DNA from: Iphione sp. A-MEVVRFRX5
Taxonomy: Eukaryota
Direction of reading: 5' to 3'
Length of the DNA stretch: 64,000 bases
Assembly (NCBI GenBank): GCA_976226885.1
Contig: OZ320318.1
Coordinates: forward strand, 75,950,001-76,014,000
Part shown: positions 25,701 through 34,200 of the stretch, piece by piece
Position numbering within the stretch: the first letter of the stretch is position 1
Layout: each line of letters starts with the position of its first letter
Position numbers and translations under genes: made by a program
The notes under the pieces: model-generated
Databases searched by the model: none
What the model was told of the DNA's origin: nothing
What the model saw: only the letters and a program-made list of their open reading frames with translations

Positions 25701-28700
25701 TGTAGTTATATCACTTGTTTTTGGATGGTGCTCATATTCCTTCCTTGCTTGAAAATCAGAGATCTTGATGTGGTCCAATTTACCAACTGGTCCAAATTAC
25801 CCACCTTTCCCCTAATACTTAACACAATTAGGCCTTTAAAAAGTTCTGTGTTTCCAGTAACAAGATGAAGAAATAAAAGGTCGGTCAGTACGTCACATTT
25901 TTCAACGTTAAAAGATCCTAAAATCAACATATGTCTGGCCATGTCACTTACTGGTTAGATTTTAATGAAACTTGTGTCAAATGATAGCTAGTAACCTAAT
26001 GAGCGATTTGATGTTTAGAACATGTCTCTATCATTATTCATTCTGAAGCTATTCAAAAAACGGTGGAAAAATGAAAAGTTACTAATATAGGAGCTGGTCG
26101 GGTTACTTGAAACAGAACTTTTACTAGCCCTTATTAGAAGATTAATCTCGAATTGTGTGCAAGTTAATCATCCTTTTAAAAAAATCATTAACAACAACTC
26201 TACTCTGATTTCGCTGCTTTGCCAGTGCATCATTTCGAGTTGCTATAATTGTTCTAGATAACATACACATGTATTTGGACTTTGTTTGGGCAGGCACACT
26301 TTCATGCGGCGATCCCAGTTGTCCTCTTCACCATCATGGCGTTGGTGGCGGGGTCGCTCGTGTTCGTCCTCCCTGAAACGCGTGGACATTCTCTCCCTCA
26401 AACTGTCAACGAGGGCGAGACCTTTGTTAAGGAAAACATGTGTAAATACAGGTAACTGTCACAGAATCTGTTCGTGTTAAACTTTTAAACAAAATTTGAC
26501 CACGTGGTCAAAAACCTTGGCATGGTTTTGACCCAAACTGCTTTTGTTAACACCAATAGATAAATATATCGATAACCTGGGTCAAAATTGTTACGTCTGA
26601 GGCCAAAAGAACTCACCCACCCCAAATCCTAACTAATCGTTCCTGGATGAGTGTCGATTTGGAATCCTGCATTAGTTACTGACAGGGTGTCTTGGCCTTG
26701 GTACTGGCGTCTGAGTGCATGTGGACTACGCGATTAACGAAGGCATGGCGGGAAAGGTCAGAGAGTTTAAGACACTCAAGCCTCGAGCTGGGATTTCGTC
26801 CCAGCTCTCGGATTTCGTGTCTTAAACTCTCGATCACCTGTCATATGACAGGGATCTTCCATATCCTCCTGCGGTAACATAATACCATCTATTATTTAGA
26901 ATTGAGAGATCAGAATACCCGGGGTTGCCCCCTACTTTTATTTCGAATAGGATTCTGTGGTCTCTTAATGCATAGGGGACAGAATCCTATACACCCATGA
27001 CCTTTAAGCCCCGGTTTCCATACATGCGGCGATCTGTGTGTGCGATTCTGTGCAGTCCTGTGTTATTATCAGTATATAGGCTTATAGTGAGATGGTTTCC
27101 ATACCCGCGGTTGTGTGCATTGATGTGCGTTGACATGCTATGACCATTTTTGGTCCGGGACCATAAATTTACGGCAAATGCATGGCAACACACTTAGTAT
27201 ACCATAGATAATCTTTGAATCAGGCAGAACCCTGCCAAATTTGTCTGAAAATTGGCAAAAGCAGCCAATTTCCTCTGAAAATCGTGAAAACTCATCCAAA
27301 TTCGTCTGAAAATCGGCAAAACTTAGCCAAAACTCAGACAAATTTGTCCTAAACTTGGCAAAACTCAGCCAGATGAATCCGAAAATCGCCAAAACTCCGC
27401 CAAATTCGGCCCGGTTTCCATACTTGCGGCAAAGTGCAGGAGACGTCTGTGTGCATTGGTATGCGTTTTTGTCTCCTGCAGTCTCCCGCAGAGGGGTGTT
27501 CCATATGTGTTGTGTGTTGTGCGTTTGTGTGCATTTTTAATGAGAGAAAAATATGGAAAACAGAAAAATATGCCAAAAAACGGCTAATTTCATGGAGACT
27601 GGGCTGAAAACAGCTTATTTCATGGAAATTCATCCAAAAAATGGCAAATTACATGGAAAATCGGTGGAAAAATGGCTTATTTCATGGAAATTTGGCCGAA
27701 AAACAGCAAAAATGTGCAGAAAATTTCTGGAAAAAGAGGATATTGTGCGGAAATGTGTGGTAGTCACATTCAAAAGTGAGTTAAAACAAGGAAATATGAG
27801 TGCATTGCTGTGCGTTGGCAGGAAATTTATGGTCCTGGTTCGAAACCGGGCAACGCACATAAATGCACATTGACAGCCACCACAGGTATGGAACACCCTC
27901 CACTCTTTTTCTATATACCGTTAATGATGCACAGAAACACACAGAATCACACACCCACATCGCCGCATGTATGGAAACCAGGCCTACATCCGAAAATTGG
28001 CAAAAGATATGAAGTTTGCTGCTATTCCCCTCAAGTCACACATTTCATTTGCACACAAACACACGTAGGTATGCAACACCCCTCAATTTACACATTTTAT
28101 TCACACACAAACAGATGTAGGTATGCAACACCTCTCAATTTACACATTTCATTTGCACATAAATGCACGCAGGTATGGAACATTCCTGTGTGTTACCATG
28201 CGGTAGAAGTACAACGCACACAAACACACTGGAAATGCACGCACACCTCTCCCACATGTCAATGCATGTCAACGCAAGTATGGAAACCGGGCCTTAAGGC
28301 CCGGTTTCCTTACCTACAGGAGGGTGCGGGAGAGTGTGGGAGCTGTCCGTGTGTGTCACCATGCGTTGTGTTTTTTTCCCGCAGTCTCCCGCAGAGGGGT
28401 GTCCTTTTTCATGCATGCGTTGAAAGAAGTAGGAAATATATAAAAAAAAGGGCCAAATATGATGCTAGAAACTGTGAAAAACGGCGAAAATGATGGGAAA
28501 AAGTGTGGAAAAGGACAACAATGGTGCTAAAAGTTGCAAAAAACAGCGAAAATGATGGGAAAAAGTGTGCAAAAGGACAAAAATTGTGCTAAAAGTTGCA
28601 AAAAATGGTGAAAATGACGGGAAAAAGTGCGGAAAAGGACTGACGTGCAGACATGGCCATAGATCATGTTGGAAGTGAGTAAAAGTGGGTAATAATGAGT

Positions 28701-30115
28701 AAATACAAAGAAATAGCTGTGCGTTGCCCTGTGTGTGTGGCAAATTTACGATCCCTTCCCGAAAACGGGCAACACATGGCAACACACACGCATATCACCG
28801 CAGGTATGGAAACCATCTCACTGATAGCCTATAAACCAATAATCAGGTAATTCACCGCAAATCACCGCACACGCACGGTGCCGCACGTATGGAAACCGGG
28901 GCTAATCTGTCTGGTCTTGATCAAGAGTCAGGCCCGGGATTGAACCCGCAGCCTCTCAGTCAGTGGACCAGTGCTCTACCACTGAGCTAACTCCCCACCC
29001 ATAGTTTTAATCAATATTTTGCTTAACAACCCAAAGACATCTGCCATTTTGAAATGAACAAGGATTTGAATGTGGCGCCAGTGATGGTGCGGACATACAG
29101 TACATATGTAGTTCGCGATGCCCAGAGATATGGCAGAATAGACGTTCATTCCATTGCAGTGTCATGATTTACAATACATATTTGGCTGCTTAGTGAAAAG
29201 CCAATTTATGCATCGCGAGGTGGATACGAATACTACTAACAGTGCGCTGTTTTAGACAGTTTTGCAACACTGCTGCACAGACTCTTTGAGTTTTCCTTGG
29301 TGGAGAATTGATTATGACATCACAAACGGTGCAAAAGATATTGTGGTTCAGTAGTGGGGCAGCCTGACAGACCATCAATCTGTCCACTGACCTGTCAATG
29401 AGAGCTCAGACCTGCATGGTACTGAAATGAATGTCTTCAGTGTTTTTTATTTTGATATTGCTGACGATGTTGACTGCCTATGTGGCACCATCCAAACCCG
29501 TGCCTATGTTTATATTTCACTCCCCTGCCACAACTTGGGGTTTTCTCGATTTTCTCGGTATGGAATAAAATGAACTTCAAGCTTAATAAGGAAGGTCTTT
29601 TCTCCTTTCAGCTGCTCCAGAAGAAAACCCATGGAAGAAAGTACAATACATGTAGAATCTTGAAATAAATTGGTAACATGTATTGGTAAGGTACAACACA
29701 TAAAGGTATTCTTTTGGAGACTATAGTACTTTAAAACTTGGTATTTAGCCTTTAGAATCGTTCCATAGTTGCGTACCATTTATTTCTTGGATGCTCACAT
29801 AAATCTAATGGTTAAATGCATCACATCAGTTACTTGCCGCTTTGTCTCTACATGTATTTAACTACGTACGCGTGTTCTTTGGTTTTACTTCATTGCGAGA
29901 AACGTTATTAGAGGCATACTGTTTCACTGTGAAACTGCATGGATTTTGTCCAGAAACTTGCCTTCGGCCACTAGGGCTACAGAAATACTGAATTTTGTCG
30001 TAAAGAAACTGCTTTCTCAGTCGATTCGTTAGTAGAGATATACTTGTATGTCTGTTCCCCCTATACAGAAACTTTGCTGACAGTGGACCAGGAAGAGGCC
30101 TTAGTTCTTCTGTAG
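5215..30115 (+). CDS. SLC22: SLC22-family (MFS) organic cation/carnitine transporter-like gene, ~551-554 aa; join(5215-5595,6657-6760,7923-8077,11803-11974,12763-12892,17341-17423,22580-22794,23896-24077,26294-26451,[29612-29640],30069-30115 or 30069-30153)
   Basis: All introns are GT-AG and the frame is continuous. SLC22 motifs are present: Cys-rich first loop, EWNLVCDR, GSLSDIFGRRK (motif A), IRDWRHLQ, LPESPRWL, VYYGL, EIFPTSARG, LPETRG. Subfamily not assignable; the last exon(s) are uncertain. Confidence 0.93.
6657..6760 (+). CDS. SLC22 coding exon 2 (WNLVCDR...GSLSD), 104 nt
   Basis: TTTTCTCCAG|TGG ... AT|GTGAGT. Confidence 0.93.
7923..8077 (+). CDS. SLC22 coding exon 3 (FGRRKV...NGFVM), 155 nt
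   Basis: TTTACAG|A ... G|GTACGT. Confidence 0.93.
8644..9335. repeat. Tandem duplication, 2 x ~346 bp
   Basis: Second copy starts at ~8990; highly similar throughout by eye. Confidence 0.9.
11803..11974 (+). CDS. SLC22 coding exon 4 (VEFF...IRDWRHLQ...LYF), 172 nt
   Basis: CTAACAG|GT ... TG|GTAAGA. Confidence 0.92.
12763..12892 (+). CDS. SLC22 coding exon 5 (FLPESPRWLL...KIDE)
   Basis: CCTAG|T ... GAG|GTATGA. Confidence 0.92.
13718..13905. repeat. (CT)n microsatellite grading into a pyrimidine-rich tract
   Basis: Seen directly. Confidence 0.92.
14368..14535. repeat. Tandem 2 x ~83-bp duplication of a pogo-like terminus (TA|CAGTCAATACTCCAAATCTGAAC)
   Basis: Copies carry TACAGT at 14381 and 14464. 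Confidence 0.75.
14466..15760 (-). mobile_element. pogo/Tigger DNA transposon remnant A; decayed DDE_1 transposase 3' half at ~15760-14850
   Basis: Minus-strand translation reads KIRPFVIGKSARPRCF, YRTNSKTWITS, LLCDNAAS, NLPPNTTSHLQPL.GGIIASFKAQYR, an acidic tract, then KQKTIADFFRRP*. It has frameshifts and stops; a TA|CAGT end is at 14466. Confidence 0.85.
15769..16070. repeat. 87-bp tandem array (~3.5 units, alternating unit types)
   Basis: Unit starts at 15769, 15856, 15943 and 16030. Confidence 0.85.
16155..16327. mobile_element. Small pogo-type MITE, right end clipped
   Basis: TA|CAGTATAACCTTGATATTAC versus the reverse complement GTAAAACCTCACTATTGC. Confidence 0.35.
16330..17187 (+). 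mobile_element. pogo/Tigger deletion derivative B (only transposase C-terminus, ~16642-16935)
   Basis: Acidic tract ending VQTTLHSFFKK*. Right end is GGGAGTCTACTG|TA; TGCGGACGCGTCTCCAATGCGGAC-type subterminal motifs occur near both ends. Confidence 0.7.
17341..17423 (+). CDS. SLC22 coding exon 6 (EQVKKVSFTEVLKAPRLLVMTLLLAYL)
   Basis: Pyrimidine tract...CCAG|GAA ... TT|GTAAGT; phases fit exons 5 and 7. Confidence 0.85.
18630..18880. repeat. 84-bp tandem array (~3 units) inside transposon C
   Basis: Units at 18630, 18714 and ~18798. Confidence 0.8.
19039..19270. repeat. 63-bp tandem array (~3.5 units) immediately upstream of the transposase ATG
   Basis: Units at 19039, 19102, 19165 and 19227. 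Confidence 0.8.
19285..20584 (+). pseudogene. CENP-B-like HTH + DDE_1 pogo/Tigger transposase pseudogene
   Basis: MTSPKRNELCLADKVKLIQ, WFQK..VPMSGTMIREK, FSCSEG.LSRFKKR, YSMDETGVFFR, ILNNAPSH, FLPAKTTSLLQSLDQGI, and the end QSTIHHFFKKN*. It has frameshifts, an internal deletion and stops. Confidence 0.88.
21213..21407. repeat. Near-perfect 82-bp tandem repeat (2.4 copies)
   Basis: Units at 21213, 21295 and 21377. Confidence 0.9.
22269..22428. mobile_element. 160-bp MITE, CAGGCCCGTAGCCA TIRs (copy 2)
   Basis: Perfect 14-bp TIRs; flanks GATATG / GGTATG do not give a clean TSD. Confidence 0.8.
22580..22794 (+). CDS. SLC22 coding exon 7 (FTGSFVYYGL...FIPE), 215 nt
   Basis: CCTCCAG|C ... G|GTAGGT. 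Confidence 0.92.
23399..23558. mobile_element. 160-bp MITE, CAGGCCCGTAGCCA TIRs (copy 3)
   Basis: 13-bp perfect TIRs (CAGGCCCGTAGCC; base 14 mismatched); CAACA direct repeat on both flanks. Confidence 0.8.
23896..24077 (+). CDS. SLC22 coding exon 8 (RAWITVM...EIFPTSARG...VYLL)
   Basis: TTTTAG|AC ... CTG|GTAGGT. Confidence 0.92.
24484..25812. mobile_element. Non-autonomous TIR DNA transposon (~1.33 kb; Tc1/mariner-pogo type inferred)
   Basis: TA|GGGGAAGGGTGGGTAATTTGGACC ... GGTCCAAATTACCCACCTTTCCCC|TA (24-bp TIR, 1 mismatch); internal GGTAAATTGGACCA copies; AT-rich non-coding interior. Confidence 0.8.
26294..26451 (+). CDS. SLC22 coding exon 9 (AHFHAAIP...LPETRGHSLPQT...CKY)
   Basis: GGGCAG|GCA ... 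AG|GTAACT. Confidence 0.9.
26761..26831. repeat. 71-bp nested palindrome/hairpin
   Basis: Outer arms GAGAGTTTAAGACAC/GTGTCTTAAACTCTC (15 bp perfect); inner arms GAGCTGGGA/TCCCAGCTC. Confidence 0.85.
26913..27004 (-). mobile_element. Probable SINE body separated from its head by the MITE cluster
   Basis: Removing 27008-28905 rejoins the two parts at one TAA. The body GCATTAAGAG...TCGAAATAAAAGTAGGGGGCAACCCCGG resembles invertebrate SINE central domains (from memory). Confidence 0.45.
27008..28902. mobile_element. Cluster of PIF/Harbinger-like MITEs (nested plus tandem), TAA target duplication
   Basis: TAA|GCCCCGGTTTCCATAC ... GTATGGAAACCGGGGC|TAA; internal termini at 27408, 27984, 28293 and 28298; A-rich internal micro-repeats. 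Confidence 0.8.
28906..28996 (-). mobile_element. tRNA-derived SINE 5' head (body continues at 27004-26913)
   Basis: GGGGAGTTAGCTCAGTGGTAGAGC...GGTTCAATCCC contains Pol III A and B boxes, but no acceptor stem forms. Confidence 0.7.
29612..29640 (+). CDS. Candidate 29-nt SLC22 microexon (CSRRKPMEE)
   Basis: Strong acceptor TCTTTTCTCCTTTCAG in the right phase; weak donor A|GTACAA. Confidence 0.45.
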
Positions 30116-30153
30116 ACCGTGGTGCGCAGTCTTTAAATGTACGCGCAAAATAG
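30069..30153 (+). CDS. SLC22 terminal coding exon (stop at 30115 with the microexon, 30153 without)
   Basis: Acceptor TTCCCCCTATACAG|; two open frames are reachable depending on the upstream phase. Confidence 0.55.
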
Positions 30154-31246
30154 ACGCCTAGACATTACAGCATCAAAGCTTGAGGTATACAATGCCTAAA
30201 ATGGTCTCCTCCTGCCCTGTGTCGAATGTAATCAATCCATCCTGGTCGTACAGATGACAGCAAGAAGCCCTTTTTGTTGCAACGGTCAAGTCCCTGCTCT
30301 CGTATTATTCACATGGATCGCTCTACTTGCTTTCAATGACCACCTCCACATGTAACCGTCACGAAATCATGTACATGTAGTCAGTCCAACTCATTCTCAA
30401 ATGACTGGATTGCCCGCTCGGCCACTCAAGCTTTTCAGGGCAAAATGTATTTCCCATTGCTCTATTTAAGTGTATCGAAATGTATGCTCAGCCACGATGC
30501 TTTAACCCAATGGAGGGAGTGACGCCTAGAGGCATTTTAATAGGTGGGACGAATGATGCCTTGATCATGGAGCAGGGTAGATTTCTAAGGATTTCTAGAA
30601 AATGTGACTATTACTAAAAAAGAAAGATAATGATCTGAAAACAAAAACTCAATCATTTGAGTACTTTTTTTATGTAACATGCCTTGACATATCACTTTAT
30701 GATATCCCTCGCCCTTTAGGTCGGAATCTTGCTGTACATCCTCACCCTATGATAATATAATCTGATGTATGCGAGTGTTGCGTGTATTTTCATAACGTGG
30801 ACTAGTCTACAAAACACGCAGGAGAAACTGCAATGTATTCCACATTTTGGAGAATAAATAATTTGCGGTATAATTCTATTTAGTGCTTGTAATAATTCCC
30901 AGACCCCCACACCTCCACCAAACCCCACCCACATTTCTGTAGCTAACAATTCCCGCTCAACTGAATTACTTAAGTCAAAACTCTTGCAAAGTAAAGTTCA
31001 TGCCACGTACATTTCCAATAAACAGACAACAAATTCGAGTACCAGTACCGCTTTATTGTACATGTGATTTATTCAAAGATGCGAGATATGAAATAAAATA
31101 CCAGTAAAATATGCATAAAAGCACACATCCTGTTGCAGTGATGCGCCACCAGAGGGACTCACAGTCGGCGAGGATTATTTTGTCGGTTCCATACAAAAAG
31201 AAGACTTTCATATATACAAAAGAGCAGACAAAACGAAACAAACTCG

Positions 31247-31289
31247 GACGTCACAAACCAGTTTGAACATGCGCAGTGTTAACTTCCGG
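31247..31289. promoter_or_regulatory. Promoter-like motif cluster (CRE-like GACGTCA, NRF1-like CATGCGCA, ETS ACTTCCGG)
   Basis: The motifs are seen directly; their function is inferred. Confidence 0.3.
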
Positions 31290-34200
31290 TTGAAGCACTC
31301 CATATACAAGTTGCAGGATTGAAAAATTTCGGCAGGAGTCTCCCTATTTAACCCCCCCCCCCCCTCTAATCATTTCTATCTTGCAAAACTCTTTCTAGAT
31401 TTTAAAACAATTGACTGATGTTTGCTTTTCCTAACTACATACATTATAATATGGACAGACATAATTGTGGGGGACGTGACTGGTTACAAAGTACCTCTGT
31501 CATCTCATGTGAACATGGTTGAAAAAACTCCTGTTCCGGTTCGCAGGAAATGAACATATCACCACGTGAAAATATTTTCGGTAATTTATTTTTTTTTTTA
31601 TTTCTGGTTTGGACGAGAACGTTTGACTAAATCATGCTGGAAGACATCACTACTGAGACCAGAGATAATTGAAAAGGCTCCGTAGGAGCTCTTTTTTTCC
31701 TTTCCCTTCCACAAAGACTTTGGTGGCTGCCTATGTTTTAAGCACTTATCGTGGGGTGTACTAACGTACAATTCCTGACCTGTGAACGTTGAACTCTGAC
31801 CTGAGGTACACTAGCCAGAACGACACAAGAGGTTAAAGCAACGTTTTGCATTGCATCCCGTAATCTCCGCTGACCAACCGAGACTGCAGTCCTTTTTTGG
31901 ACATTTTCACCTTTGCGATAAAGCTGTTTCATCTCGGAGTGTACAATGCATCAGTCTCAAATTGCTAGAGATAATTATCTACGTCTGATATGTTTTCCAT
32001 TACAGTTTGGGGAAAAACAATACTGAGAACAATAAATGGACATCACTTTTGTTAAAAGGTGAAATTATAGACAACTGGGGTTGCGGGAGAAAGGTGGGGC
32101 CAGGGATTCGGAATCTTTTTCTCTCTGAACTAAACATGGTGGGCTTCACTTCACAACAGGTGGCGCTACTATACAGTACACTGATGCTGACGTCACACAT
32201 TCAACAAAAAAAAATTAGTCCTTTTTGTCACAACATACACATTCAAGTAGGCGCGAGCCTCCGATCTGGCTTTCAATGTCAATGCATATAAACAGATTTG
32301 TTCATTCATGATAATTATAACCTCTTTTTTGCACAAATGTGTTCCCCCTTGAATTCTCATTGTCCCCCAGCTATTTCTTTTTTATTATTATTACATTAAT
32401 GACACCCGGTTGGCAGTGTAAGGATCCCCGTCGTCACTCACGACGATGTCCATTACAAACCACGCATACACCTGTACGTGCTGCCATCGCGTGGTAGCAG
32501 TGAGAACTAAGACCTACGTATTCACTACAGCAAATCCTCAAGCGGCAGGCAGGTGGGAGGAGACAGGGAGCCCGCCAGGGCACCTCACTGTCGGGACAGG
32601 CCGCCTAACTGCTGCTCATGGCGCCCAGCTCATTACACTGGCCACTATAACCCCACAGCCTCCCCTGCACAATTTCACTGATATCTTACAGTACAGTCTT
32701 CATAAATATAGTTACCATGTAGTCTTCTCTGCCTGGCCAGGGCAACATCTCGGGGGAGTCACGTTCTCACGTGGCACGTTCACGAGACGATGCATGCATG
32801 TGAATAACGAAGGGACCAATTTAAGGCAGATCTCCCACCCCACACCCCCGCCCACGCCGACTTCCCCAAAACAGCAGGGTGAATTCCATAAAAAAATGAT
32901 GCAGTCTTCAACATGATTTCACTTTTACCCTCCCCACCCACCGGAGCCCAACATTAATAATAGTTATTAATCCCATTAGTGAATCCTGTGGTATGTAAGT
33001 TTACCGCTGTCCGCAGACAGATGCTTGGTGGCTAGCACAAAAATAAAAAAAAAAACACCTGTTCGGGTAAATCCTTTCTCCCGAGATTATTTGCGCCGAA
33101 GAGATCAAAACTGGAGACTGTTTGATATAGTTGCACTCCAAGGAATAAGTGATTTTTTTTCTCTCTTTCTCGTATTACACGAACACGCTTTCTTTCATTC
33201 CAAGCATGTTGGGAAACCTTTCTCCCGAAAGATGTGCTTGCTCAGTTGAAGTAGTTCTCTGCAGGACGACTGAAACAGTTACTGGTCAACACCAAAGCGG
33301 GCTACAGGCGCCTCATAGGAACAGGATATAACTGTCATTAGAAGGTATGCCGCCAATTGGAATTTAACCACTCGTCTCTAAATAAATAAACCGTATCAAA
33401 TTCTTTCATATCCCTTGGATCTGACGATTAAATATATATATATAGTTATTTTTTTTCATTTGCCTATTATGTTAATCTACTTACAAACTGCAAGGGAATA
33501 TTGTTTTAGCATTCAAACTCTGTACGTCTAGGCCATTTGTCTCCCCATTTTTTCCTACTGGTCACCACCACAAGAAGAGAATGATATGCACAACACACAG
33601 GACTTGCACTTGCCGCCTCCTCCTGCCCCGTCTAATTTTACATTCACCTTGATCAGCATTTTCTTCATAAATAGATTTCCTACTTGGTACATGGATATAT
33701 ATATACAGAGTAACAGGGGTCAGGATTCAAACCTGCCGGAGAAGACAACCGGTGCAGGGGGGGGTAAGGATGGCGGGGGAGGGAGGGGTGGGTGGAGGTG
33801 GAGTTGCCATGTCCGTACATTACGGACCTCAGCCATATTGCTCGTTCGAGTCGGGGCACGCCACCGCCAAGGAGGGACAGAAACCCCACCACAAGGGCAC
33901 ATAAACTGTACATTGTACATAAACCATATGACCTTCATGATCATCCTCAGCGAGAAAGGAGAGAGAGGGAGACAGAGAGATGAGGGAGGCGCTTCATTGG
34001 CTCCCCCGGAGTCTCTTCTGTCCCGTATCCCTATTGTCTAGTTATGCATAATACAGTGCACTTTTCCTATTTTTCCCCCGGGCGTTTTCCCTGTTCAAGT
34101 TTATGGCCTACTGGCTTTTTGACAACTTCTCCCTCGGTCCGAGGAAAAATGTCTTTGTGATGCATTTGATTTTAATTTACCTCCTCGGGTCGTAGGCGTT

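Noticed and set aside
27138-28785. Several ORFs including 227 aa at 27810-28493
   Set aside because: They lie inside MITE low-complexity repeats; no transposase or Myb motifs.
28927-28996. tRNA gene
   Set aside because: A and B boxes are present, but the 5' and 3' ends cannot form an acceptor stem; better explained as a SINE head.
32411-32432. miR-34 gene (TGGCAGTGT...)
   Set aside because: Only the seed matches; the rest of the mature sequence and a precursor hairpin are absent.
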